Assembly: GCF_038025025.1 (NCBI RefSeq)
Contig: NW_027117346.1
Coordinates: 62,001-126,000, forward strand
Length of the DNA: 64,000 nucleotides
Direction: 5' to 3'
Source of the DNA: Phyllosticta citribraziliensis
Lineage: Eukaryota
Position 1 is the stretch's first letter. Each line of letters starts with the position of its first letter. A model generated the notes under the pieces. That model was not told where the DNA came from. It did no database searches and worked only from the letters and a program-made list of their open reading frames with translations. The position numbers were made by a program, and so were the translations under genes. Shown one piece after another: positions 38,628-52,200 of the stretch.

Positions 38628-41600
38628 TCCCCATGGGCCAAGCGCGCGTTCCCCACAGCATCGAGTCAGCACTTGGGTCCCAAACGGCGCTGATTGATTC
38701 CATGATGGTGATTCGATATCGGAGGCCTTGAATCTGCGACTGATGGCTCTGTTGCCGTTGTTGTCGAAGCATCCGCTCAGCGCCTTGAACGAGTACGACT
38801 ACGACTGGGAACGAGGCATTGGACCAAAGGACTCGGGCCGACAGAAAGTCGTTGGAGTACATCAATGAATGCGAGGCATAATTCAGCAAAGGCCCCCATT
38901 TTGCCTAATGGTGGCTGACCTGTTGCACAAAGCAGCCACGGTCAGAATTTGCGTGCCGCATGCTTGGCCACTGGTCAGTTTTCCACACAGTCGACTTGTC
39001 GCTCTGCCTCGGGCCAAATGATGGCCGGACGACGTTTGCGGCGTGGCGCTTGTCCAAGCCGTGCCCAGCAAGCCGCCGACGTCGACGGAGCCAGGGCAAC
39101 GGGAATCGCATGACTCTGGCAAGCTTTGTTTTCGCATGCGGCGCGCACTGCTGAAGGAGTTGTCCGCTTGACAAGAGGCGATGGAGGTGGTGGTGGAGGC
39201 AGGCAAGTGGGCGAGATGAGGTTGCGATAGTCGATGGGCTAGAGCTGCAGCTACGGTACTTGTCGCTCGGGGAAACAGGCATGCTGCCTCAGGCCTCCCA
39301 GCTAGCGCCCTCAACACCATCTCCCGCCATCCACTCCCTCATGCAAACCCATCCCTCGCATGCATCCATTTTTATCCGACGAGCCTTGCCTTCCATCATC
39401 CAAATACAGTCCACACATCTTGTTATCGATGCTCTGCGCTCTCGTCATGACGCACTTTTAAGAGACGGGCCTTTTGCAATCAATGACTAGGGTCACTGGT
39501 GGAGATCCCCAATGCTTAAAAAGCCATGGCCGCTCTGGGACTTCTTGTTGCGGAAGTTCCGTCGCCAAAGCTGCTACGTGTCGGAATTTGACTTTGCAAC
39601 CTCCGCGCTTCCTTGAAGTTCCTCGATCTTCGCAATCGCTTTGTCAATCGCCTTGTTCAATCGAACTTTGCACATCAGCGACGATTTAGCGCTGCAGGCT
39701 GCGGCGCATCGACTCAAACAACCGTGCCGTTCACACCATGTGAGCGCTGTCTGCCGTTCGTGCAGAGGGATGGCCAAAAGTCTCCAAAAGACCCAATCAT
39801 GTCGCCTGTCGCCTTGCTTTTGCCCGAGCACCACTACTTGTTTATGCAACTAGGTCTGCACCTGCATATCGGAACATCCGCTCAAAACACCATGAACTTT
39901 TAACGGCCGACGTAACTCGCACAAGCCGAGTCGATGTGCCGCCCTCGTCTCAATTTCCGCACTATCGCTGTCCGCCTTGCAGTATTCTTCCGCAACCGTG
40001 CAACGCACCACAGACAGGCTCATGTCAGCGCAAATGATCCACTTCGCTCGGCTTCTTTCCGGTACCCTCTGTTCCCTGTAGCAGACGGCACCTGCTGCTC
40101 ACGCGCACTCGCAATTGGATTGGCGCGCTAGACCTGCCATCGCTAGCGTGTCCGCAAGACATCTGTAACGCACCAAGACGGAAGTCAGTCCTTCCCGTTC
40201 AGCCTGGTCCCAGCTCGACAGGGAATACGACGGAAATGCTCTGGGATGCTGTACCACACGCCGTCCACGTGAGGAGTTGCCAACCAATGAGCAGACGGTA
40301 ATCTTCAGTGCCGTGGATGGTCCCAGTCCTGCCCACATAGTTTTCGATCCCTCCTTATCGCCATCTTTGCAGATAGGAGCTGAAATACACCATATGTTGT
40401 TCCTCACAGATCCCTTCCATGTGCTTCTTTGCAAACTGACAGCACATACAAAGTTTGATAGGCTTATAGCGGAAAGCTATAAGACTTTTGGCCGGCCCGA
40501 CGTGCAGCTAAACAGCAGACTCCGAGTAATCATTCTATTTCAAGGCGGAAATGATGCTTGCTCAAACTCAGGCGCGTGGCTTCAAAACGTGGCACAAATC
40601 GCGCGTCTGATTTCCCATTGCAATCGTTGATCGCACCAAAATTCCCAGTCCTCCTCCGAGCGCGGGTACCTGGCGGGCCCGGCCTCCCCAAGCTAGAGGG
40701 AAGAAGCATTCCAGAAGAAGCCGGGACGAGGTCGCCGCTCGGCCTTGGGACGTCTTGGGTCACACCGGCATGTTGAATCACACAGTCAAGGTCCTCCGGA
40801 CTGCCGCTCACACCATCCCGAGGCTTCCGCGTCACTTGAGCAAAGCTTGTTAACTGAAGCAGCAGCTCCGTCCAAAGTCAAAGTCTTGTCCACGCGGGTA
40901 CGAATCGGCGCTCATGTACAGGAACAAGGGCTCGCGGTATCTCCTGGTCGAAACATCACTGTGGACATCATCGCCATGACGGCCTTCCCGTTCCTTGAAA
41001 CACCAAGAGGCGGATTACTTCGAGTTGTCGGGCCCGTCTTTCGCAGTCCAGCCTTCTCTTTTCCCAGTTTACTTCCCGCTCGCCGCGTTTCGGCCCCAGA
41101 TCCGCGAACTGTATTTTGCGGCAATCTCTAATGATCTGCAACCGTCTGAAGAGCCGCTTGGGCACTGTCAACGTCTACCAACGATGAAATCTCTTCAATG
41201 ACGCACTTCTCCTGGGCAGCCGCGGCCTTTTCAATACCCAAAGGAAGACCAACGCGTTTCACATCTCAGGGGGAGGAAGTTTTCTCACGCAGCAAATGCC
41301 GTGGTTGCGGCAATTCTTCAATATCGCTGAAAACACACGCCCAATCTCAGTATCCGCACTGACCTCATACTCGATAGGGTTTAGGTTCTGATACTACTGC
41401 TGACCGTTCCGCCCGAGACGACGTCGCGGAAGCGGCCGTCCGTTCCATCCGCCCTGCCCCCTTGAATCCTCAGTGACGGCAGACACTGCGGCAGACACAA
41501 GCGGCCGAGTGACGTACCAAGTTGATTGTCCTTTCCACTAGTCTGTTGTACTATGGATAGAGAGCGTCGCGTTTGACAAAGGTTTGCTACAGCGACAGCG

Positions 41601-41966
41601 GGTTGAACTGCGGCCGAGGTCAAAGTTTTCGAGGTGAGTATACTTTGACGCTGCTACAGGAGAAGTTGGAAATGGCAACTGAGCACGCGTGTATGTATTA
41701 CCACGATTTAATGAGGCTGACAGAGCAAATTGCTGATACCAGCGAAAGGGCAAACGTTCTGGATCGACAGTATGAGCAACTGATAAGAGATGAATTGGAT
41801 GCAACTGGCTGCTTAATCTGGACAACAAATCAATCACTGAACAAGGCCGAAAGAACAAGCTCGCTAGTCTGCCGCGGTCTACATTTCTCTAAACGCTCAA
41901 AACCGCCAAAACTAACCGTCACCCGTTTCCGAGCAAACAAAACGCATCATTCATACTCACCGCCGC

Positions 41967-43916
41967 TCAAATCTGCCACCGCAAGAGATTGAAGCTCATT
42001 TTGCGGAAATACAGCTTATCCGATGAGAGATGTTTGACCTCCTGGACAAGCACATCGGTGGTGCTGCCGTCCGAGGAAGAGCCCAGCTCATCCCCCGTGT
42101 CAGAAACCGTGGTCCACGAGATGGTCTTGCCTTCGACGATGCCGTCGGTAGACGCGTCGATATCCTGCTCCTTGTGCAAGTTGACGACGGCGAGGTTGAC
42201 CCACCCGTCATCAGACACGGCGGCACTGACATCCAACCACGGCGTCTCGATGGTGCCCCTGATCCAGTCCGGCTTGGTCGGGCCAGCGTACTCTGCGCAC
42301 TTGACGGCAACGGGGACCGCGTGGCCACGCATGTACTTGCTAAACAGCAGCAGTGGCCACCACGTCGGCTGCTTGACGAGGCCGTCCGGCGTCGTGAGCA
42401 GCGGACTAATGACGTTGACGCTCTGCGCAATGTTGGCCATGGCCACGTGCTTGGCCTGGCGCACAAACACATTGAGCCACGCCGCGACGGCCAGCGCGTC
42501 GCTCAGCGTGTACACTTGCTCGGCGCCCTCCTCGCCCGGCGCGCGCAGAGGGTCCCACACGTTCCACTCGTCGAAGCAGATGCGCGGCGCCGGCACCGTC
42601 GGCGGCACCTTGTTCTCGATGCGCGCCAGGTCAATCAGCCCGGCCGCGACCTGGATGGCGCGCTCCGCACTACGCGGCGCCGTGGCATTTTCATAATGCT
42701 CCCCACTGCTCGTATACAGATGTATACTATGCATATCAATCAGACTGGCCGTCGTAGCGCCACCGAGGCCGTGCGGCGACCACCGCACGCACTCCTTCAG
42801 CACATGGTAGTCCCAGGACGTGGCGCCCTCGCAGCCGCAGAGCACCAGCTCGACGGACGGATCCAGCAGCTTGATCGCTTTTGCCCACTGGTACGCCTTT
42901 TTGGCGTAGTCTTCTTTCGTCGCCTGCTCCACTTGCCACGGCCCCCACGTCTCGTTGCCCAGCGCCCAGTACTTGACGTTCCACGGCGCGGCGCGCCCGT
43001 TGCGCCGCCGCAGGTTGGCGTAGTATGTGTCGCGGTCCGAGTTGCAGTATTCGATCCATGCGAGTGCTGCGGTGGTGTTAGACGACTAGTCTTTCGTATT
43101 TCATCTCTTTTCCTCTTTCATGATGTCTCTCCTTCGCGGCATGTGAGAGGTAAAGAAGGGGAAGAAAGAAGAAGTGTCGACGTGCCTTCATCCAAAGTCC
43201 CCGTCCCAAAATTCAGACACATGTACGGCGCCGTGCCGACAATCTCGCACCACTTAAGGAACTCGTCAGTCCCAAACTCGTTCGTCTCGACGCCGATCCA
43301 GGCGAGTTCGGGCCTGGAGACAATACCGCCACCGTCAGTGACTGTTCAAAGATTGCCTGAAATGCAAAGATGAGGGAGGTATCATATGCCGTGCTTCCCG
43401 TCTCTTTCTTCAACACAACCACGTGACGACTCCAACCACTGCCCATGAGTGCCATTCCTACCCAGCTCCCCCAGCAAAACAACCCCCAAAACACAAAACA
43501 AAAGCACAACTCACCTCTTCCTCCTCGCCTCCCTCGGTCCCACGCCATCCATCCAATGATACGTCGCCGTAAAATTGCCCCCCGGATACCGCACGACGGG
43601 GACCCTCAACTCCTGCATGGCGGCGATGACGTCCTTGCGGAAGCCATTCTCGTCGGACAGCGCGTTGCCCGGGTCGTAGAGGCCGCCGTAGATGCAGCGG
43701 CCCATGTGCCTGATTGAGAGGTTGTTAGCGGGGGAGGAGGGTCGTGGGGGAGGTAGTGAAAGGGAATGGGGGTTGTAGAGGGGAATGGGGACAACGGAAG
43801 CAGACGCACTCAGTAAACCCGCCATAGATGTTGTCGTTAATTTTGGCCAGTTTGTGGCCAGGGCTGATGGACAGGACGGCAGTGCCTGCGTCGTCGCTTT
43901 TGCTGTACGATGTCAT
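41967..43916 (-). CDS. Alpha-L-arabinofuranosidase, GH51 (AbfC-like, no signal peptide); 3 introns, one GC-AG
   Basis: IYGGFTEHMGRCIYGG, VVRYPGGNF, ETNEFGTDEF, WALGNE (acid/base Glu), CFDEWNVW (nucleophile Glu), ANIAQSVNVI. Confidence 0.93.
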
Positions 43917-44610
43917 GGCGGCACTCGTTTCTCCCTATGAATTTCCGGGGTAGGTGGGCACCGTAGGCCGTCAGTAGGGCGCGAGCAGCGGGATGCGATG
44001 TGCGAGTGTTTTGTGGCTGGCGCAATGACGAGACGACGACGACGGCGATGATGATGATGAGAGAGACAGACAGACAGACGGTCTACCGTGCCGGTGCCGC
44101 CGGTGGGAGAGTGAAGAAAGCAACGACGACGATGATGATGATGACGTTGGTTTGTAGTACGATGCTGTTGTTGCTACCTGTACCGCTGCGCGACGCCGTC
44201 AGTCAGTCAGTCAGCGGCCATGTGTCTATCTTCCACCTCGTTCTCTGTACACGCGCCCCGCCGCAGCCATCAACCTTCCCCTCGTCGTCTGGTTGGCCAC
44301 CTCGCGCCTCGCACCGCACCTCCCGCCAGTCATGAACACGGCCTGCACTGCAGAGCCAAGCGTGCGCCCTCGCGTTGCCAACACAACACTGGCCGTCGTA
44401 AAAGCCAGCCTCGCCACGCCGCGGTCAGTCAGTCTCCCCACACCCACGGTTCTCTGTCCTGCAGACGACGGGCACTGTCATGCTGCTTCGCGTCGGCGAG
44501 TGTCGATGTTGCGCGGAAAATTGGCGGCGGTTGTGGCGCTTGTTTGGCCGTCTCTTGTTCGCGTTATAATCTTCCATTTGGAGCGTTGGTTGCTGTGGAT
44601 ATTTGTCCAG

Positions 44611-44655
44611 CTGGCTGTCGACTGGCTGGCTGTCGACTGGCTGGCTGTCGATTGG
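44611..44655. repeat. 15-bp tandem repeat (CTGGCTGTCGACTGG)x3 upstream of the GH51 gene
   Basis: Two perfect copies plus one with a single mismatch. Confidence 0.85.
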
Positions 44656-45215
44656 TTGGTTGGTTCAAGCGATGGGGATGCGAAGGTACATGCGGTCGGT
44701 CTGCGGGGTAAACACGAGCGAGCGAGTGAGCGGACGAGGTGCGCCACCACTCCCACTCCAAGCGCAGAAACCCATCCAGCAGTGTGGGAAAGCGTAAGAA
44801 GAGAGGAAAGGGAAAGAAAAAGGCGAGGCGACGACGCAGACGACGGAAGATACATGGAAAAGAGAAAGCCATGGCATTGAGCGTCACCTCAGCTTCGCGC
44901 GCACGAGTTGGACAGCGCAAACCAGCCGCGGAGCAGGTCAGCTAGATGTCTAATTAAAAAAGAAAACGAAGAAGAAAATTACGTTGCACGTTGCAAATGA
45001 AGTGAATTGCAAAGCTGAGGGAGAGCTGGGTACGGTAAAGTACAGGAGGCAAAGTTGCACTGCTCAAAGCATCAACGCTCGTCATCAACGCGTACATTTA
45101 CACGGGATATATATAACGACTCCAGGGGAACACAGCGCCGCCACATCACCACCAGACCACGGATTTCCAATCTTTCTTCCATTCTTCGACCCTGATTGAT
45201 AGGCACCCGCCAGCA

Positions 45216-47243
45216 TCAGCACTTTTGCTCCTTCTCATCGGCTCCCGCAGCCTTGGCCTTGAACAGACGGACGACATCCTCGCCGTCGCCGCTTCCGTCA
45301 CCAACGACGGCGTACTTGACCTTGTATGCGCTCGCCCAGCGCTCGAGGCGGCGGTGGCTCAGGCGGCCAACCGTCTCAATGAGATCCGCGTCGCCGCTCA
45401 GCCCGGCAACGCTGTCCACCACCAGCCGCAGCGTCGACACTTGGCGCGAGAGCAGGCTCGTCAGCGTGTTGCGCGTGTAGAACGCCATCGAGCCCGTGAT
45501 GACGGCCGCAAAGAGCATGGAAACGAGACCAAAGAGCAGAATCAGCGGGATGTATGTGATGCGGTATTGCTGGACCGATTGTGACGTCGCGGCCGTGTAG
45601 AAGTATTGCGGCAGAACGATGGTCGAGTTGGTGGCTGCCACTTCGTACATGATGCGCTCGGCCTCGCCCGACGCGTACAGGAAGTTGGATACCCATGTCG
45701 AAAAGTCGACGCACGTCGACGCGTTGCCACCCATCGCCCACTGCGCCGCTGTGCAAGGCACCTCGCCCGCCGTCCGCTTGAACGCGGGACCAATGCCTGG
45801 CATCGGCTCCTTGCGGCCTGGCGCGTGGAAGTTGAGATTCAGCTGCCAGTCAAAGAGGCGCGAGTATGCTGGCGTCTTGGGCCCGGAAAAGTCCTTTTTG
45901 GTAATGGTCCACGCCTGCCCGGGAGTTCTGTTGTAGCTGAGCAGGCCTTGTTGCCGCGCGAGCGAGCAGCGTAGGCCCCAGGTCGACATGACACCGATGT
46001 CAAGGTTGAGGCCAAGCGTTGAGGCATTCCAGGCTCTGGGTTGGATTGGGCCGAACTTTGTAGGGTAAACGTCGTGACGGCGATCGGAGCCAGTGGCGTC
46101 GCCAATGTAGAAATCGGTCGAGTTTTTATCGAATAGGACGTACGGAAAGTACTCGTTGTTTTGCTCTTGGATGGATCCAATGACGCCGGGAAGGTTGCCA
46201 GCAAACCAGTCAGCAACTTCAGGGAGATCGCTTGTGCTGTTTCGATTGAACCACAGACCCCGTAGCTGGACGTCGTAATCATCGTATGGCACGGCGTAGA
46301 AGGAGTCTGGTTGCGAAGGCGTACAGTCGATGGTAAGTCGCCAACCAGGAATGTTGTGAATCTCCAGCATCGACTGAGGCAGGTTATTCATGGAGCACAT
46401 GGTCGCATTGACCCCGACGTACCCGCCTCCGCGATCCAGCGTCTTGTTTCCCGTCAGCGTAATCCGGGTGAGCATGCTCGAGATTGCGTTTGCCGCAAAT
46501 GATTGCTGCGAGGGGCTGTAGTTGTACGCATGCAACGATTCTGGCGGATCGCCGTGCATGTTTGCTCCGTCCACATCGACATCTCTCATGTATCTGAGCG
46601 TTCCATTGGACGGTACCAGGTCATCGTAGGCTTCGTATGCAACAATGTTGGACACCGAGGTCCTAGTTATTGCCGAAAGCAAGGCCAGAATAGCGAGGAA
46701 AAGAAATCTCCAAGTCTTTGCTCTCATCAGGTGCCAAAATTGTATCATGTCATAAGTACCACAGTCCGTCTCGCTGGCCGCCACCAGGGACTGAAGAGGG
46801 ATTCCTTGGGTCGTTTGTCGCTCGTTGATGGCCGAAACCTGCGCACTCGAAAACCAGGCGTAATCCAATACGAGCATCAGTGCTGGCGATATGAGTGCGG
46901 AACAAATAAAGTCGATAGCTTTCGCTTGCATCTGGGTAAATTGGCCACCGACCGCCCTGCCTGTCAAGAAGTTGAATCGGCTCCACTGGCTTGACGACGA
47001 TATTATCCAGGGAATCAGCATGAACAAGAGTGCCGTTGAAGAAATGGCGATGGTGGCATTGAGCCAGGCGTGCCTGAGTGCCCTTCTCGCCCATCTTCTC
47101 CTGCTGGGCGGTGGTGTCGAGGTCGGTACGGGGGATACTTTGGAGTCGAAGGGTCCCTTTTCGTCCGAGGTCTTCGCAACTGCTTCGTACTCAGGTGGAG
47201 CCACTGTTTGCATGACTGCGTGGGCATCCGAAGGCGCAGCCAT
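45216..47243 (-). CDS. Intronless hypothetical membrane protein (~675 aa): about 3 N-terminal TM helices, large Asn-sequon-rich luminal domain, C-terminal TM
   Basis: Single long ORF with first ATG at 47243 (MAAPSDAH); hydrophobic segments; many N-x-S/T sequons; YIPLILLFGLVSMLFAAVIT C-terminal TM. Confidence 0.8.
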   Translation of the reverse strand: MAAPSDAHAVMQTVAPPEYEAVAKTSDEKGPFDSKVSPVPTSTPPPSRRRWARRALRHAWLNATIAISSTALLFMLIPWIISSSSQWSRFNFLTGRAVGGQFTQMQAKAIDFICSALISPALMLVLDYAWFSSAQVSAINERQTTQGIPLQSLVAASETDCGTYDMIQFWHLMRAKTWRFLFLAILALLSAITRTSVSNIVAYEAYDDLVPSNGTLRYMRDVDVDGANMHGDPPESLHAYNYSPSQQSFAANAISSMLTRITLTGNKTLDRGGGYVGVNATMCSMNNLPQSMLEIHNIPGWRLTIDCTPSQPDSFYAVPYDDYDVQLRGLWFNRNSTSDLPEVADWFAGNLPGVIGSIQEQNNEYFPYVLFDKNSTDFYIGDATGSDRRHDVYPTKFGPIQPRAWNASTLGLNLDIGVMSTWGLRCSLARQQGLLSYNRTPGQAWTITKKDFSGPKTPAYSRLFDWQLNLNFHAPGRKEPMPGIGPAFKRTAGEVPCTAAQWAMGGNASTCVDFSTWVSNFLYASGEAERIMYEVAATNSTIVLPQYFYTAATSQSVQQYRITYIPLILLFGLVSMLFAAVITGSMAFYTRNTLTSLLSRQVSTLRLVVDSVAGLSGDADLIETVGRLSHRRLERWASAYKVKYAVVGDGSGDGEDVVRLFKAKAAGADEKEQKC

Positions 47244-49233
47244 GACTCCGGAGTGGTGGTTGGCCTCGCAATCTTCTAGTGTTTCTGGATGAAGTTGGTT
47301 CCGTGGGAGTGGGAAACGGGAATTTCGCTGCAAAGTTCAGAATCATCGAGGGAGTACACTACTTTTACCAGAATCAATGCCTAGCAGCTAAACAAGTGCA
47401 CCATGATTTTTCTGGTGGCGTTTAGCTATCCAGATCGTTACCCGGAAACTGCTGGATGATGTCGACGAGCGCTCAGCTAGGACAAGCACATTTCGGTCTT
47501 CCACATAGTCCAGGAACGCCGTCATTTGCGGCAAGCTGCTTTTTGAGCTTGAAGCTTTCCGTGGTGGAAATGTAATACAATCCCGCAGGGGGGGGAGTGC
47601 AGTGGAGTATTCTTGCGTGTGTTTAGATCTGAGTGTGAATCAAGGGATGTCACTGACATAAATCGACTGGTCCAGGTCATCCATGGTGTCATCAGACCGA
47701 CCAAATCGTAACCGACTACCGCAAACGGCCTTTTTCAAGAGCAGCAAGGAAGCAACTGCCGCGACTTGCCACAATTCGAGCGGCTAGAAGTTGGTAAAAG
47801 GAGAAACCCGCGATCCTGAGATTTCCAGTACTTCGATCCAACGGCACATGGCGTACTCGGAGTTGCGTCCATGTGCCGGTTGCCCTTTTGGGAGACTTTT
47901 CCGGTACGTTCGTAGGCTCACGGTATGTCCTTCACTGTCAGTGACAAACTTCCGATCGAGGAGAATGGTACAAGAAGTGTCTTGATTCTTTCAGCGCGTC
48001 TTATGAGTCGGTGTCAGAATACTGGAGAATCTCGGGGATTGTGAAGGACAAAATGCTGAGTTGATGTTTCCACTAAGCATAACACAGAGGCAAAGGCTCA
48101 CGTCGCAAATGGGCACGCGATTCAAGTTTGCGGGTGCGATCACGGCGAAGTCGCTGTTGAGAGAGGCAGCAAGACACCATCTCGTGGCTCTCCAACTCGA
48201 TGACCTCGTGGTGACAGAACGTAATGACTCGAGTGCCTGGTGAGAGGATTCGTTTCAGTATGCCCAGGGGCAATCAGCAGCAATGACGTCAATCGAGGGC
48301 AGACCCCTGGTAGCCGGATCATCAGAGTTCCGCTGCATGTCGTCCGTGAATACGCTGGAATATGCTGTGCACTCTGAGCAAAAGCAAATGGAATATCACA
48401 GATGCATCGAGGTATTTAGAACATGTCCGAGTCCTGGCACCTTGGTGTCGGCGATCGTGTCCTGTAGCAGACATGAAACGTCATCAAGGCATGGCGCTTG
48501 GCATCAAAGGAAAAGACAGCATAGCGACGAGTGAACGACAGGTTACAGATGGCAGCAACGCTTTTGGTGGGTGACGAGCGAAGCAGGGTGTCTCGGCTAT
48601 AGTCCTAGGGTCCGGTTGTGCGCCAGTTGGTTGGAGAAGTGTGCCGGTACCGCTCGAGGGGGCTTATTCGCAGCCTTGAATAGCCGTCACGAAAAGACTG
48701 GAGCAGAGAGTTCAAAACAATCGGACGGCCGGAAGGATTAGGAAGAGAGGCGGGTAAACGTAAAAGTGGACAGCGACGCGGGATTTTTTCGGAGACGCTC
48801 GTCTTGAGAGCAAAAGGAGTACAAAGGGCGGTCGAGGCGCGGCCGGCACGGGCAGCGGGTGGTCTGGAAAGGAGGGCGATGGGAGTGGAACAGGGCGCAG
48901 CGTAGAGGTCGACTCGCCTGGAGACTCGCGCAGGTGATGGAGTCGTGGTGTTGTCGAGGGCGACGTCGGCCACACAGAGGTGCGGCATTTAGCTTGACTG
49001 CCTCTTGTCGCCTCGCCAATGACGGTTTCTGCTGACATGCGACAGATCGCACTAAGCCCGTTTCGGCGGCGACCCCAGAATGCCCCGTGCGTATGAACGA
49101 ATGCCGCGAAACTTGTCCGCCATCACTCTCACTGCCAACTTCTCCACCACCGGAGCTTCAACTCTCCCCTCTCTCCCTCTTCTCCCTTTGATGAATTGTT
49201 AATCTCGTGCCGAGGCACCCTCCTCCCACCATC

Positions 49234-52200
49234 ATGCTGCGCAACACCATCCGACAGTGTAGCAGCCGTCTGGCCGCCGCCCGCCCAAGCTTGGCCGCAA
49301 ACTCGTCTCTCGCCTCAAAACGCAGAGCTCTCGCCGTCGCCTCTCAGCAATGTCACCGCCGCTCCTACGCCGTGTCCGCAGAGGACACGAGCAAAGGCGT
49401 CGTGCGTATTGCCTCCCCCGCCTCTCCCAGGCTTCCCGCTGACTCTCCGCAGGACCCGAGCGATTCCTTCCTCCAGGGCAACACCGCCAACTATGTCGAT
49501 GAAATGTACATGCAGTGGAAACGCGACCCCGAAAGCGTCCACGTCTCGTGGCAAGTCTACTTCCGCAACATGGAAGAGGGCGAAATGCCCGTCTCGCAAG
49601 CCTTCCAGCCGCCCCCCACCATTGTCCCCGCTCCCATCGGCGGCCTGCCCGCCTTCACCACCCCTGGCTTAGGCATGGACGGCCAGTCCACCGAAGTCAT
49701 GAAGCACTTGAAGGTCCAGTTGCTCGTCCGCGCTTACCAGGCGCGTGGCCACCACAAGGCCAAGATCGACCCCTTGGGCATCCGTGGCGAGGCCGTCCAG
49801 TTTGGTTACAGCAAGCCTAAGGAGCTCGAGCTCGAGCACTACAACTTTAGTGAAAAGGACCTGGATGAGGAGTTTACGCTGGGACCTGGCATCTTGCCCA
49901 AGTTCAAGGCCGAGGGCCGGGAGAAAATGACTTTGCGCGAAATCATTTCGGCGTGTGAGAGAATCTACTGCGGCTCGTACGGTGTCGAATATATCCACAT
50001 TCCCGACAGGGAACAGTGTGACTGGCTTCGTGAGCGCCTCGAGGTCCCCCAGCCCTACAAGTACTCTGTCGACGAGAAGCGCCGAGTCCTCGACCGCTTG
50101 ATCTGGGGTTCTAGCTTCGAGTCCTTCTTGGCCACAAAGTACCCCAACGACAAGCGCTTTGGTCTCGAGGGCGGTGAGACGCTGATTCCCGGCATGAAGG
50201 CTTTGATTGACCGCAGCGTCGACTACGGTGTTAAGGACATTGTCATTGGTATGCCCCACCGCGGTCGTCTCAACGTTCTCTCCAACGTCGTCCGTAAGCC
50301 CAACGAGTCCATCTTTAGCGAGTTTGCTGGCTCTGCCGATCCCGCCGACGAAGGCTCCGGTGACGTCAAGTACCATCTGGGCATGAACTTTGAGCGTCCT
50401 ACGCCTTCCGGTAAGCGCGTTCAGCTTTCTCTCGTTGCCAACCCCTCCCACTTGGAGGCCGAGGACCCCGTCGTGCTCGGCAAGACCCGTGCCATTCTCC
50501 ACTACAACAATGACGAACAGGAGGCCAAGACGGCCATGGGCGTCCTGCTCCACGGTGATGCCGCCTTTGCTGGTCAGGGTGTTGTGTACGAGACCATGGG
50601 ATTCCACGCTTTGCCCAAGTACCACACCGGCGGTACTATCCACATTGTCGTCAACAACCAAATTGGTTTCACCACCGACCCTCGCTTTGCTCGTTCCACT
50701 CCCTACTGCTCCGACATTGCCAAGGCCATCGACGCACCCGTCTTCCACGTCAACGGCGACGACGCCGAGGCGTTCAACTTTGTCTGCCAGATGGCTGCCG
50801 ACTGGCGCGCCAAGTTCCACAAGGATGTGGTCATCGACATGGTGTGCTACCGTAAGCAAGGTCACAACGAGACGGATCAGCCTTTTTTCACGCAGCCCCT
50901 GATGTACAAGCGCATTTCTCAGCACGAGCCGGCACTGAGCAAGTACGTCAAGCAGCTCTTGGACGAGGGAACCTTCACAAAGGAGGACATTGACGAGCAC
51001 AAGGCTTGGGTCTGGGGAATGCTCGAGGAGAGCTTCGCTCGGAGCAAGGACTACCAACCCACGGCCAAGGAATGGCTGACCTCTGCATGGAACGGCTTCA
51101 AGTCTCCCAAGGAGCTTGCTACTGAGATACTTCCTCACTTGCCCACTGCCGTTGACGAGAACATCGCCAAGCAGGTCGGCCAGAAGATTAGCAGCGCCCC
51201 CGAGGGCTTTACCGTTCACAAGAACCTCAAGCGCATTTTGCAGAACCGTTCCAAGACTGTCACTGATGGCAAGAACATCGACATGGCCACCGCCGAGGCT
51301 TTGGCTTTTGGTACCCTCTGCTTGGAGGGCCACCACGTCCGTGTTTCCGGCCAGGATGTTGAGCGTGGTACCTTTTCGCAACGTCATGCCGTTCTCCACG
51401 ACCAGGAGAATGAGGGAACCTACACTCCTCTGGCCGACTTGAGCCCGGACCAAGGAACCTTTGTCATTTCCAACTCGTCGCTGAGTGAATTTGGCGTGTA
51501 AGTAGAGTTCCGGCTATTCGTGCGACTGATCATGTGCTGACCTTCTCACAGCCTCGGTTTTGAGTACGGCTACTCCCTCTCTTCTCCCAACGCATTGGTC
51601 ATTTGGGAGGCTCAGTTTGGTGACTTTGCCAACAACGCGCAATGTATCATTGACCAGTTCATCGCATCCGGTGAAGTCAAGTGGCTCCAGCGCAGCGGTC
51701 TCGTCATGTCGCTTCCTCACGGTTACGATGGTCAGGGCCCCGAGCACTCTTCTGGACGCATGGAGCGTTACCTGCAACTCTGCAACGAGGACCCGCGCAT
51801 CTTCCCCAGCCCCGAGAAACTCGAGCGCCAGCACCAGGACTGCAACATGCAGGTCGCCTACCTCACCAAGCCTTCCAACATGTTCCACATCCTTCGTCGC
51901 CAGATGAACCGCCAGTTCCGCAAGCCTCTCATTCTCTTCTTCTCCAAGTCCCTTCTCCGCCACCCGATGGCTCGCTCCAGCATTGAGGAGTTTACTGGCG
52001 ACTCGCACTTTGAGTGGTTGGTTCCTGACCCCGCACACGAGTCTGGGGAGATTGTGCCCCACGAGCAGATTAAGCGCGTCGTCCTCTGCACTGGTCAAGT
52101 TTATGCTGCCCTTGTCCAGCACCGCAAGGACAACAACATCAACGACGTTGCAATCACCCGCATCGAGCAGTTGCACCCCTTCCCGTGGGCACAGCTCAGG

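Noticed and set aside
41573..41992. ORF with helical-looking peptide (LLQEKLEMATEH...DRQYEQLIRDEL) and GTGAGT/GTATGT donor-like sites
   Set aside because: No credible start codon or coherent exon chain; at most a gene remnant.
49669..51453. 594-aa antisense ORF over KGD1 (likewise 42030-43373 over GH51 and 22844-23818 over TRP2)
   Set aside because: Shadow ORFs expected from strong C/G third-position codon bias on the coding strand; no recognisable motifs.
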